From: Mobula hypostoma
Taxonomy: Eukaryota
Length of the DNA: 64,000 nucleotides
Assembly (NCBI RefSeq): GCF_963921235.1
Contig: NC_086097.1
Span: forward strand, 8,432,001-8,496,000
Reading direction: 5' to 3'
The stretch's first letter is position 1; every line of letters starts with the position of its first letter. Shown here piece by piece: positions 35,605 to 48,770 of this stretch. The notes beneath the pieces were generated by a model. It saw only the letters and a program-made list of their open reading frames with translations, was not told where the DNA came from and did not search any database. A program made the position numbers and the translations under genes.

Positions 35605-36463
35605 TTACAGTTTACCCTGTATACCTCAGACTTTAGATACAACATTGAGTCATTATATCTGCAGAAATCCTCTGATGATTCAGCAATAGTCGGGTGTATA
35701 AAGGGAGGACGGGAGGATGAACACAGGAGAGAATGAATGTCTTTGTCCAATGGTGCAAGCTCAGTGTCAGTAACACAAAGGAGATGGTGATGACCTTTAA
35801 GAAGACTAAGCCTGTACTGCACCCTGTTACCATTGATGGTGAGGACGTGGATGTGGTGAGGACCGGTGCACCTGGATGACAGACTCGAGTGGAGCACCAA
35901 CACAGAGGCTGTGTACAATAAGGGCCAGAGTCGCATCTACTTCCTGAAGAGACTGAGGCTGTCTGGAGTACGCAGGCCTCTCCTTCATGTGTTCTACCAG
36001 TCTGTTGACGCCAGTACAATCTTCCATGCAGTGGTGTGCTAGGGCAATGGCATCAACAGGGGTGATGCCAACAGGCTCAACAAACTGATTAGAAAGGCTG
36101 GCTCTGTTATAGGAGTCAAACTAGACACTCTGGAGGTTGTGGTAAATCAAAGGACACTACAGAAAATCCTGGCAATTCTGAACAATGTTTCTCACCCTCT
36201 GCATGCCACCTTGGCTGAACAGAGGCTGTACAGTAATAGGCCAAAACAACTGTGCTACCCCAAAGAGTACTATACGAGGTCTTTCTTACCCTCGGCTAAT
36301 AGGCCCTATAATAAGTCAACCTATAGATGGGGAAGTGATGACCCCCTCCTGTTTTTCTTTTTTACATCTGTTCTAATATTTGTATATCTGTGAACTTGTA
36401 ATGCTACTGTGACATTGCAATTTACTTTGGGATCAATAAAGTATCTATCTACCTACCTATCTA
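35605..36463 (+). mobile_element. Rex1/Babar-type LINE 3' fragment (second family)
   Basis: FTLYTSDFRYN...LQKSSDDSAIVGCI (FSDD-type RT motif), SHPLHATL, tail aataaagtatctatct. Confidence 0.85.
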
Positions 36464-36654
36464 ACTCTCCTGGTTCTGGCTTTGCTACTAACCTGCACCC
36501 TCAGTAATACAGAGTCAACCTCACCATTCGGTGGACCCCTGGGTGATAAGTCAGCAGATAGCAAGGACTTGTCGATAGAAGTGTAGGAGTGCCTTTTAGA
36601 GCTTTGGGTAACATTGATGTATCATGTACCAGCCACTACTGTTCAGTGAGAATA

Positions 36655-37060
36655 AACATACAGAGAATGCTGGAGGAACTCAGTAGGTCAGGCAGCATCT
36701 ATGGAAATTAATAAACAGTCCATATTTCATGCCAAGACCCTTCATTTGGACTGCAAAGGAGTGAGGAAGAAGTTAAAGTAAGAATTAGGGAGGAGTGGAA
36801 GGAGTACAAGGTGAAGCCAGGTGGGTGGGGGTGGGGGTGGGGAATGCAGTAAGAAAATTGGAGTTGATAGGTGGGAAAGGAAAAGGGTTGGAGAAGAAGG
36901 AATCTGATAGGAGAGGAATCCCATAGGAGAAAGCAAAGAGGGAGGGGCACGAGGAGGAGGTGATAGGCAAGTGAGGAAAAGAGGTAAGAGAGGGACCAGG
37001 GTGGGGAATTGAAGAAGAGGGAAGGCGGAAGTTACTAGAAGTTGGAGAAATTGATGAAAT
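36655..37060 (-). mobile_element. Penelope-derived 3' UTR and terminal repeat
   Basis: Homologous to 20985-21270; hammerhead core decayed at 36716-36755. Confidence 0.75.
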
Positions 37061-37230
37061 TGTTTCTTTCAGCTTTGTTCATCTTTGATAAAGAATGTTT
37101 GTTGATGGTTCTATTCCTGTTATTTGTTTTAGGGAACAGCCAAACAAAAGTGTCCACACACAATGCATGTGCCCTCCCAGTTGATTATGAAAATAGGAAT
37201 AAAGGGGTTAGGTTACACATATGTCTCTCT

Positions 37231-40200
37231 ACCAGTGCAGAGAGACAGAGGGGTGTAAAGTGAGGGTAGAAGCAAAAAGTACTAAGGAGAAAAGTTAAAG
37301 TGGCAGGCCGACAAATCCAGGTCAAGCATTAAAAAGGGCCACTTTTCAACATAATTGTATAAGGGCTAAGAGAGTTGTAAAAGAGCGCCTGAAGGCTTTG
37401 TGTGTCAATGCAAGGAGCATTCGTAATAAGGTGGATGAATTGAAAGTGCAGATTGTTATTAATGATTATGATATAGTTGGGTTCACAGAGACATGGTTCC
37501 AGGGTGACCAGGGATGGGAGCTCAACGTTCAGGGATATTCAATATTCAGGAGGGATAGACATGAAGGAAGGGGAGGTGGGGTGGCGTTGCTGGTTAAAGA
37601 AGAGATTAACACAATAGAAAGGAAGGACATAAGCCAGGAAGATGTGGAATCGATATGGGTAGAGCTGCGTAACACTAAGGGGCAGAAGACGCTGGTGGGA
37701 GTTGTGTACAGGCCACCTAACAGTAGTAGTGAGGTCGGCGATGGTATTAAACAGGAAATTAGAAATGTGTGCAATAAAGGAACAGCAGTTATAATGGGTG
37801 ACTTCAATCTACATGTAGATTGGGTGAACCAAATTGGTAAAGGTGCTGAGGAAGAGGATTTCTTGGAATGTATGCGGGATGGTTTTTTGAACCAACATGT
37901 CGAGGAACCAACTAGAGAGCAGACTATTCTGGACTGGGTTTTGAGCAATGAGGAAGGGTTAATTAGCAATCTTGTCGTGAGAGGTCCCTTGGGTAAGAGT
38001 GACCATAATATGGTGGAATTCTTCATTAAGATGGAGAGTGACATAGTTAATTGAGAAACAAAGGTTCTGAACTTAAAGAGGGGTAACTTTGAAGGTATGA
38101 GACGTGAATTAGCTGAGATAGACTGGCAAATGACACTTAAAGGATTGACGGTGGATATGCAATGGCAAGCATTTAAAGATTGCATGGATGAACTACAACA
38201 ATTGTTCATCCCAGTTTGGCAAAAGAATAAATCAAGGAAGGTAGTGCACCCATGGCTGACAAGAGAAATTAGGGATAGTATCAATTCCAAAGAAGAAGCA
38301 TACAAATTAGCCAGAAAAAGTGGCTCACCTGAGGACTGGGAGAAATTCAGATTTCAGCAGAGGAGGACAAAGGGCTTAATTAGGAAGGGGAAAAAAGATT
38401 ATGAGAGAAAACTGGCAGGGAACATAAAAACTGACTGTAAAAGCTTTTATAGATATGTAAAAAGGAAAAGACTGGTAAAGACAAATGTAGGTCCCCTACA
38501 GACAGAAACAGGTGAATTGATTATGGGGAGCAAGGACATGGCAGACCAATTGAATAATTACTTTGGTTCTGTCTTCACTAAGGAGGACATAAATAATCTT
38601 CCAGAAATAGTAAGGGACAGAGGGTCCAGTGAGATGGAGGAACTGAGTGAAATACTTGTTAGTAGGGAAGTGGTGTTAGGTAAATTGAAGGGATTGAAGG
38701 CAGATAAATCCCCAGGGCCAGATGGTCTGCATCCTAGAGTGCTTAAGGAAGTAGCCCAAGAAATAGTGGATGCATTAGTGATAATTTTTCAAAACTCGTT
38801 AGATTCTGGACTAGTTCCTGAGGATTGGAGGGTGGCTAATGTAACCCCACTTTTTAAAAAAGGAGGGAGAGAGAAACCGGGGAATTATAGACCGGTTAGC
38901 CTAACGTCGGTGGTGGGGAAACTGCTGGAGTCAGTAATCAAGGATGTGATAACAGCACATTTGGAAAGCGGTGAAATCATCGGACAAAGTCAGCATGGAT
39001 TTGTGAAAGGAAAATCATGTCTGATGAATCTCATAGAATTTTTTGAGGATGTAACTAGTAGAGTGGATAGGGGAGAACCAGTGGATGTGGTATATTTGGA
39101 TTTTCAAAAGGCTTTTGACAAGGTCCCACACAGGAGATTAGTGTGCAAACTTAAAGCACACGGTATTGGGGGTAAGGTATTGGTGTGGGTGGAGAATTGG
39201 TTAGCAGACAGGAAGCAAAGAGTGGGAATAAACGGGAACTTTTCAGAATGGCAGGCGGTGACTAGTGGGGTACCGCAAGGCTCAGTGCTGGGACCCCAGT
39301 TGTTTACAATATATATTAATGACTTGGATGAGGGAATTAAATGCAGCATCTCCAAGTTTGCGGATGACACGAAGCTGGGTGGCAGTGTTAGCAGTTAGGA
39401 GGATGCTAAGAGGATGCAGGGTGACTTGGATAGGTTAGGTGAGTGGGCAAATTAATGGCAGATGCAATTTAATGTGGATAAATGTGAAGTTATCCACCTT
39501 GGTGGCAAAAATAGGAAAACAGATTATTATCTGAATGGTGGCCGATTAGGAAAAGGGGAGGTGCAACGAGACCTGGGTGTCATTATACACCAGTCATTGA
39601 AAGTGGGCATGCAGGTACAGCAGGCGGTGAAAAAGGCGAATGGTATGCTGGCATTTATAGCGAGAGGATTCGAGTACAGGAGCAGGGAGGTACTACTGCA
39701 GTTGTACAAGGCCTTGGTGAGACCACACCTGGAGTATTGTGTGCAGTTTTGGTCCCGTAATCTGAGGAAAGACATCCTTGCCATAGAGGGAGTACAAAGA
39801 AGGTTCACCAGATTTATTCCTGGGATGGCAGGACTTTCATATGAAGAAAGACTGGATGAACTGGGCTTGTACTCGTTGGAATTTAGAAAATTGAGGGGGG
39901 ATCTGATTGAAACGTATAAAATCCTAAAGGGATTAGACAGGCTAGAAGCAGGAAGATTGTTCCCGATGTTGCGGAAGTCCAGAACGAGGGGTCACAGTTT
40001 GAGGATAAAGGGGAAGCCTTTTAGGACCGAGATTAGGAAAAACTTCTTCACACAGAGAGTGGTGAATCTGTGGAATTCTCTGCCACAGGAAACAGTTGAG
40101 GCCAGTTCATTGGCTATGTTTAAGAGGGAGTTAGATATGGCCCTTGTGGCTACGGCGGTCAGGGGGTATGGAGGGATGGCTGGGGCGGGGTTCTGAGTTG

Positions 40201-40286
40201 GATGATCAGCCATGATCATAATAAATGGTGGTGCAGGCTCGAAGGGCCAAATGGCCTACTCCTGCACCTATTTTCTATGTTTCTAT
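37231..40286 (+). mobile_element. CR1-clade LINE with complete ORF2 region and 3' UTR
   Basis: APE and RT motifs throughout; ttctatgtttcta tail. Confidence 0.95.
37398..40196 (+). pseudogene. CR1 ORF2 with three in-frame stops and no frameshift
   Basis: ORFs at 37398, 38097 and 39462 share one frame; stops TGA 38052, TAG 39396, TAA 39453; NARS, ETW, GDFN, SDH and FADD intact. Confidence 0.9.
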
Positions 40287-41198
40287 ATATATTTCTTTCT
40301 TTGATATTTCCTCGTTTCTGCTATGGGAGGTTCAGGCAAACCAATAAAGGGATTCCCTTCAAATGTGTGGGATTAGATGGAATAAGGGCAGAGATAGTGT
40401 AAATTCTTTTATAAATCCTTGCAATATGACCAAAGTAACACAGCTCCCTTGTCAACATGGGCAGAAATTGCCATCTGGTCTTTTTTAGCACAGTTCATGA
40501 TGGGAAACCATGTCTGAGCATTGCTCTGCTTATACAGTGTGTGATTGCATCAGACAGTCTGGAAGTAATTTTCTGGAAACAATTTCCCCCACTGCCCACA
40601 CCCACCTTCCCCCAAAGTCATTCCACCTTCAACTCCAGCAACTCGCACTCCCACGACACCCATCTCACACTCTGCTGCATTGCAATTGCTTATTTTCAGT
40701 TATGAGATACAGCTTTCTATGATTATTGGTGGAAAAAAAACATTATTTGATGAGATAATACTTGACCAGTTGGATGAGGCAAGTCTGTATGCAGAATTTG
40801 TGTCCTAAGCCTCCAGCTGTAATTGCTTGCTTAATTCCCTGAAGGAATTCTTAGTGTTTCAGAAGGAAGGGAAATAAACAGTCACTTTTTTTCTACTTCG
40901 TATCTCACTATGAGGTGAAATACTTTTGTCCAGGTCAGGGTAGAGAAAGAGGACTTAGTTTTGTTTTTAAAGATTAGAATAAAAAGGAGATCTTGACAAG
41001 CAGGCTCTCTTGCTGCCGTTGGTGTTAAGAATTTGAGACTTACTTTATTTGGGGCACTGAAATTGTTAGAGGGATTTTGATCACATGTTCAACTTATCTG
41101 CATGAGGTAGATGAATAAACAAGGCCAATTTAAAGCTAATTACCAAATGTTGTTGTGCTAAATCGTTTTTTTTTACAATGGCACTTATTTCTCTGTAA

Positions 41199-42000
41199 TA
41201 TAGCATCCACTTAACAGCTAAAATTGAGTTCATTATGTCAAAGGCCTTCAGAGAACCTCCACATACACTGCCAGCTAATAATCCAAAATTAATAGGCACC
41301 TACCTCTGTAAAATTATTCTGCGCCAACACTGATGTTAGTTTAAACTCCCCGTGTTGATGAGATCAGGCCTACCGAATTCTGATCTTAGCCACATGACAC
41401 AAATCACTCAAAGTATTAATCAAGCGGATGGTCATTATAATTGCTATTGAGTTCCGGTGATTCATTTTTAAGTAATTATTAATAAATCTTCCTCAGTAAG
41501 AATATTTTTGTGCTGTCAGCTACTCAGCTTTGCAGGTGGTGTTATACAGGACTTCAGTAGCAGACTGCCAATGTGACTGCTTCAGTGGAAGCCTCTGCAA
41601 AAAGTTCAGATGGAAGATCAGATGCCACACAGAAGCTGAGGAATTTAAGTTCAGTTAATTAAATAAATAATTCTGCATTGGAAAGCTCGTATCATGAAGC
41701 TACCAGATTGCCACAAAATCCCATCTGGTTTATTCTTGTTATTCAGAGAAGGAATTTCGCTATCTTTATCCTGTGTGGTCAGGTGTAACTGCAGGTCCAG
41801 GGAAATATGCCTGAATTTTTAGAGCACCACACACAAAATGCTGGAGGAACTCAGAAGGTCAAGTAGCATCAGTGGCAATGAATATAATTTTACAGGGGTG
41901 CCTACTCATTTCAGATTATTAGCTGGCAGTGTGTGTGTGAAGGCTCTCTGAAGGCCTTTGACACAATGAACTCAATTTTAGCTGCTAAATGGATGCTATA
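41199..42000. repeat. ~120-bp inverted repeat (arms 41199-41317 and 41884-42000)
   Basis: Arms align by eye at roughly 85% identity (tatagcatcca...aaggccttcagaga...ctgccagctaataat...ctgtaaaattat). Confidence 0.9.
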
Positions 42001-42809
42001 TAAGGCACTAGTGATGCCTCACTTGAAGTATTGTGATCAGTTTTGGGCCCCTTACCTAAGAAAGGATGTGCTGACCTTGCAGACACTTCAAAGAGGACCC
42101 AAGTCCTGCCATGGTTGCCGGATTCAAACTGGACTGCCAGAGAAATTACCAGTACAGTAGCACATGCTGTCAGGAGCAGATATCAAGACCTCTTGAATAA
42201 ACTTTTCTTCCATTCCAGTTGAAAATTGAAGAGAAACAAATCTAGAATGTTCTGTTATGCGCTCTCTGCACAGGGTTCTTTTTCAGAGAACCTGCTTGAA
42301 AAAATCTGATCTTGCAGTTAACCTACCCTGAAAATGTTCAACAACAAGGAACTTTACCTACTCAACTAATTTTACCTTAATCTTTCCATGATTAAGTCGG
42401 ATGTGTTAAAATCTAAACACTGAAGTTTCCAACAAATCATTCCCTGCCTCCCTATTCACCTTTAACCCAATTTCCCATGGATTAACCAAGCTTGCATACC
42501 CTTTCCAAATGGGCCGAGTTGAATCCCAATGAGGACAGTTAATCCATGCGGAATTGTCCAATCAGGTCCAATGCGTCTCTATCTTCTTCTGTCCCCACCC
42601 ATTGAAATGCAGAGTCTGGAACCATCCTGGAGGGTCATGGACCAGTGCTTCTATCCTTCCATTCTTCTCCCAGACCACTTCTGACTCCATTAACAGTTAC
42701 AGAATGCACTGCAACTGGTTATCTTTTCTAAAATTAGATTAGATTAAACTTGCTCAGTTTTGAAATGTACATTGAACAAAATTTATCATAACTTTAATTA
42801 ATTCACTTG

Positions 42810-43150
42810 CTATGCGCCATGTAGTATGATGTAGGTGATCATGGTCTTCTGATATCTGTGATTATTCTTGGAGAGTTTTTCTACAGAAGTGATTTGCTAT
42901 TTTCTTCTTCCGGGCAGGGTCTTTACAAGATGGGTGACCCCAGCCATTCTTAATACTCTTCAGAGATTGTCTGCTTGGCATCAGTGGTCGCATAACCAGG
43001 ACTTGTGATATGCACCAGCTGCTCATACAATCATCCAGCACCTGTTCTCATGGCCTCACGTGACCCCGACTGGTGAGGCTAAGCAGGTGCTACCCCTTGC
43101 CCAAGGGTAACCCGCAGGCTAGCGCAGGGGAGGAATGGCTTACACCTCAT
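42810..43150 (-). mobile_element. RTE/BovB-tailed SINE-like element
   Basis: Homologous to 12690-13055. Confidence 0.75.
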
Positions 43151-43164
43151 TTGAAAGGGAGAAT

Positions 43165-44655
43165 ATAACTACAGCTGTGAAGATCCCTGCTGCACCTGAT
43201 GACCTTGTGATCTTGTCTCAGAGGCCAATGTTAGGCTGTCTTTAAAGAGAGTGAACCCTTGCAAGGCGGAAGGTCCCAATGGAGTTCCTGGTAAGGCACT
43301 GAAAACCTGTGCCAACCTACTGGCAGGAGTACTCAAGGATGTTTTCAACCTCTTACTGCTATGGGTGGAAGTTCCCACTTGCTTTAAAAAGGCAACAATT
43401 ATACCAGTGGCTATGCAGAATAATGTGAGCTGCCTTCATGAATATCACCGGGGAACACTCACATCTACAGTTATAAAATGCTTTGAGAGGTTGGTCATGG
43501 CTAGACTGAACTCCCGCCTCAGCAAGGACCTGGACCCGTTGCAATTTACCCATTGTCACAATAGGTCAATGGCAGATGCAATCTCAATGGCTCCACATGG
43601 CTTTAGATCACCTGGACAACACAAGCACCTATGTCAGGATGATGTTCATAGACTATAGCTCAGCATTTAATACCATCATTCCCACAATCCTGATGGAGAA
43701 GTTGCAGAACCTGGGCCTCTGTACCTCCCTCTGCAATTGGATCCTCAACTTCCTAACCAGATGACCAAAATCTGTGTGGATTGGTGATGACATATACTCC
43801 TCGCTGACTATCAACACTGGCGCACCTCAGGAGTGAGATATGCCAACTAGTGGAATGGTGTCGCAACAAAAACCTGGCACTCAATGTCAGTATGACGAAA
43901 GAGCTGATTGTGGATTTCAGGAAGGGTAAGACGAAGGAACACATACCGATCCTCATAGAGGGATCAGAAGTGCAGAGAGTGAGCAGTTTCAAGTTCCAGG
44001 GTGTCAAGATCTCTGAGGATCTAACCTGGTCCCAACATATCAATGCAGTTATAAAGAAGGCAAGACAGTGGCTATACTTTATTAGGAGTTTGAAGAGATT
44101 TGGTATGTCAACAAATACACTCAAAATCTTCTGTAGGCGTACCGTGGAGAGCATTCTGACAGGCTGCATCACTGTCTGGTATGCAGGTGGGGGCTACTGC
44201 ACAGGACCGAAAGAAGCTGCAGAGGGTTGTAAATTTAGACGGCTCCATCTTGGGTACCAGCCTACAAAGTACCCAGGACATTGTCAAGGAGCAGTGTTTC
44301 AGAAAGGCAGCATCCATTATTAAGGACCTCCAGCACCCAGGGAATGCCCTTTTCTCGTTGTTACGATCAGATAGGAGGTACAGAAGCCTGAAGGCATACG
44401 CTTAGTGATTCACGAACGCTTTCTTCCCCTCTGTCATCCAATTCCTAAATGGACATTGAACCCTTGAACACTAACTCACTTTTTAAAATATATATTATCT
44501 CTGTTTTTTGCACAATTTAAAATTATTCAATATAAGTATACTGTAATTGATTTATTTATTTTTTTTCTTCTTCTGTATTATGTATCGTTCTGAACTGCTG
44601 CTGCTGAGTTAACAGATTTCACGACAGATGCCAGTAATAATAAATCTGATTCTGA
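43165..44655 (+). mobile_element. Rex1/Babar-type LINE, same family as 27640-29022, with internal deletion
   Basis: [34 protein letters not shown]; the catalytic ADD region is deleted near 43830; gattct tail. Confidence 0.9.
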
Positions 44656-44984
44656 TTATGACATATCTCTACCCCACCACCCGCATCACCCAGGTATTTT
44701 TGTCTATGAATGTTTTGGCTTTCTGCTAGGCTTTTGTGTTCTCCAACTGTTTTCTCACCTACCCTGCTCATGGATTGTTTGTCCCACTCCCATCAGGTAG
44801 GAGGCTATGAAACATCCACACCAGGATTACCAGCCTCAAATTCAGTTACTTTTCCCAAGCAGAAAGACTGATCAACATTTGGCCATATTAACTACCCAAC
44901 CACATACCCCACCACCACTACTTTATCATTTCCTGTCAGAATCACCTTATGTACAGACTTTGCTGTGCCCAGCATCACTTCATA

Positions 44985-45255
44985 GAGTGACAGCACAGAA
45001 CAGGCTCTTCCAGTCTCCCAAGCCACGCTGCTCAGTGATCCCCTGACTTAATCCTAACCCAATAACAGGACAATTTACTATGACCAATTAACCGAACAAT
45101 CAGTAGGTCTTTTGATTGTGGAAGAAGCCGTAGCACCTTGAGGAATCCCACGCAGTCAAAGGGAGAATATACAAACTCCTTACAGGCAGCAGTGGGAATC
45201 GAACCTGGACTGCCTGTACAATAGGGCATTGTGCTAACCACTATGCCACTGTGGT
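44985..45255 (-). mobile_element. V-SINE
   Basis: Reverse complement has B box ggttcgattccc, V core and CR1-like tail. Confidence 0.75.
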
Positions 45256-45282
45256 GTATTAGACCCAGAATAATAACTATCT

Positions 45283-48200
45283 TGTGAGCAGTAAAGATGT
45301 CAGGAAAGACAGGCAGATGATGGGGCAAATGTGTAGCCATTGGGATGAGTTGCAGTGCAATAAAGTTGCAGTGAAATCGAAGCAAAAAGTATCAAATACT
45401 GGTCTTAAGGTGTTGTACTTAAATGTACGCAGCATAAGAAATAAGGTGGATGATCTTGTTGTACAGCTACAGATTGGCAGGTATGATATTGTGGCCATCA
45501 CTGAGACCTGGCTAAAGGATGCATGTCTCTGGGAGCTGAACGTCCAAGGATACACGGTGTATTGGAAGGATAGGAAGGTAGGCAGAGGGGGAGGCGTGGC
45601 TTTATTGGTAAAAAATGATATTAAATCATTAGAAAGAGGTGATATAGGATCGGAAGGTGCAGAATCTTTATGGGTTGAGCTAAGGAATAGCAGGGGTAAA
45701 AGGACCCTGATGGCAGTTATTTATAGGCCTCCAAACAGCTGCAGGGATGTGGACTACAAATTACAAATGGAAATAGAAAAAGTTTGAAGAAGGGCAGTGT
45801 TATGATAATTGTGGGGGATTTAAACATGCGAGTAGATTGGAAAAATCAGGTCGGCACTGTATCTCAAGAGAGAGAATTTGTAGAATGTCTGCGAGATGGC
45901 TTTTTAGAACAGCTTGTTGTTGAGCCCACTAGGGGATCGGCTGTATTGGATTGGGTATTGTGTAATGAACCAGAGGTGATTAGAGAGATTGAGGTGAAGG
46001 AACCCTTAGGAGGCAGTGATCATAACATGATTGAGTTCACTGTGAAATTAGAAGAAGAGAAGCCGAAATCTGATGTGTCGGTGTTTCAGTGCAGTAAAGG
46101 AAACTACAGTGGCATGAGAGAGGAACTGGCCAAAGTTGACTGGAAAGAGACACTGGCGGGAAAGACGGCAGAGCAGCAGTGGTTGGAGTTTATGTGAGAA
46201 ATGAGGAATGTGCAGGACAATAATATTCCAAAAAAGAAGAAATTTTCGAGTGGAAAAAGGATGCAACCGTGGTTGACAAAAGAAGTCAAAGCCAAAGTTA
46301 AAACGAAGGAGAGGGCATACAAGGAAGCAAAAATTAGTGGGAAGACAGAGGATTGGGAAGTCTTTAAAACCTTACAAAAGGAAACCAAGAAGGTCATTAA
46401 GAGAGAAAAGATTAACTATGAAAGGAAATTAGCAAATAATATCAAAGAGGATACTAAAAGCTTTTTCAAGTATATAAAGAGTAAAAGACAGGTGAGAGTA
46501 GATATAGGACCGATAGAAAATGATACTGGAGAAATTGTAATGGGAGATGAGGAGATGGCAGGGGAACTGAACAAGTATTTTGCATCAGTCTTCACTGAGG
46601 AAGACAGCAGGATACCAGACACTCAAGGGTGGCAGGGAAGAGAAGTGTGCGCAGTCACAATTACGACAGAGGAAGTACTCAGGAAGCTGAATAGGCTAAA
46701 GGTCGATAAATCTCCTGGACCAGATGGAATGCACCCTCGTGTTCTGAAGGAAGTAACTGTGGAGATTGCGGAGGCATTAGCAATGATCTTTCAAAAGTCG
46801 ATAGATTCTGGCATGGTTCCGGAAGACTGGAAGATTGCAAATGTCACTCCACTATTTAAGAAGGGGGCAAGGAAGCAAAAAGGAAATTATAGACCTGTTA
46901 GCTTGACGTCGGTGGTTGGGAAGTTGTTGGAGTCGATTGTCAAGGATAAGGTTACAGAGTACCTGGAGGCATATGACAAGATAGGCAGAACTCAGCATGG
47001 ATTCCTTAAAGGAAAATCCTGCCTGACAAACCTATTACAATTTTTTGAGGAAATTACCAGTAAGCTAGACAAGGGAGATGCAGTGGATGTTGTATATTTG
47101 GATTTTCAGAAGGCCTTTGACAAGGTGCCACACATTAGGCTGCTTAACAAGATAAGAGCCCATGGAATTACAGGAAAGTTACATACGTGGATAGAGCGTT
47201 GGCTGATTGGCAGGAAACAGAGAGTGGGAATAAAGGGATCCTATTCTGGTTGGCTGCCGGTTACCAGTGGTGTTCCACAGGGATCAGTGATGGGGCCGCT
47301 TCTTTTTACATTGTACATCAACGATTTGGATTATGGAATAGATGGCTTTGTGGCTAAGTTTGCTGACGATACGAAGATAGGTGGAGGGGCCGGTAGTGCT
47401 GAGGAAACGGAGAGGCTGCAGAGAGACTTGGATAGATTGGAAGAATGGGCAGAGAAGTGGCAAATGAAGTACAATGTTGGAAAGTGTATGGTTATGCACT
47501 TTGGCAGAAAAACTAAACAGGCAGACTATTATTTAAATGGAGAAAGAATTCAAAGTTCTGAGATGCAACGGGACTTGGGAGTCCTCGTACAGGATTCCCT
47601 TAAAGTTAACCTCCAGGTTGAGTCAGTAGTGAAGAAGGCAAATGCAATGTTGGCATTCATTTCTAGAGGAATAGAGTGTAGGAGCAGGGATGTGATGTTG
47701 AGGCTTTATAAGGCGCTGGTGAGACCTCACTTGGAGTACTGTGGGCAGTTTTGGTCTCCTTATTTAAGAAAGGATGTGCTGATGTTGGAGAGGGTACAGA
47801 GAAGATTCACTAGAATGATTCCGGGAATGAGAGGGTTAACATATGAGGAAGGTTTGTCCGCTCTTGGACTGTATTCCTTGGAGTTTAGAAGAATGAGGGG
47901 AGACCTCATAGAAACATTTCGAATGTTAAAAAGCATGGACAGAGTGGATGTGGCAAAGTTGTTTCCCATGATGGGGGAATCTAGTACGAGAGGGCATGAC
48001 TTCAAGATTGAAGGGTGCCCTTTCAGAACAGAAATGCGAAAAAATTTTTTTAGTCAGAGGGTGGTGAATCTATGGAATTTGTTGCACGGGCAGCAGTGGA
48101 GGCCAAGTCACTGGGTGTATTTAAGGCAGAGATGGATAGGTATATGAGTAGCCAGGGCATCAAAGGTTATGCTGAGAAGGCGGGGCAGTGGGACTAAATA

Positions 48201-48292
48201 CGATAAAATGGGTCAGCTCATGATAAAATGGCGGAGCAGACTCGATGGGCCGAATGGCCTACTTCTGCTCCTTTGTCTTATGGTCTTATGGA
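45283..48292 (+). mobile_element. CR1-clade LINE, same subfamily as 8841-11650
   Basis: ORF2 pieces 45284-45787, 45784-46197 and 46201-48147 (frameshift ~45780, stop 46195, C-terminal frameshift); tcttatggtcttatgg tail. Confidence 0.95.
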
Positions 48293-48411
48293 GTTCTCCT
48301 TTACACTTGTGTACTACAACTAACATTAAACAATCTTGAATCCTGAGTCTTGAATACACAGTAGTTCAGAAAAGAGATATATTGTTCCTGAATGTGAGGA
48401 CTGTATCCAAT

Positions 48412-48770
48412 TTAGTCATAGTCATACTTTATTGATCCCGGGGGAAATCGGTTTTTGTTACAGTTGCACCATAAATAATAAATAGTAATAAAACCATAAA
48501 TAGTTAAATAGTAATATGTAAATGATGCCAGGAAATAAGTCTAGGACCAGCCTATTGGCTCAGGGTGTCTGACCCTCCAAGGGAGGAGTTGTAAAGTTTG
48601 ATGGCCACAGACAGGAATGACTTCCTATGACGCTCTGTGTTGCATCTCGGTGGAATGAGTCTCTGGCTGAATGTACTCCTGTGCCCAACCAGTACATTAT
48701 GTAGTGGATGGGAGACATTGTCCAAGATGGCATGCAACTTGGACAGCATCCTCTTTTCAGACACCACTGT
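48412..48770 (-). mobile_element. Rex1/Babar-type LINE 3' end
   Basis: ILDNVSHPLHNVL...CNTERHRKSFLSVAIKLYN; tail gatcaataaagtatgactatgact. Confidence 0.8.

Noticed and set aside
37529..38305. 258-aa minus-strand ORF and similar antisense ORFs over LINEs
   Set aside because: Shadow frames of CR1/Rex coding sequence with no independent protein features.
42300..42720. Unassigned pyrimidine-rich segment, possibly coding
   Set aside because: The frames I read gave stops or unrecognisable peptides; likely an old TE remnant that I cannot classify.
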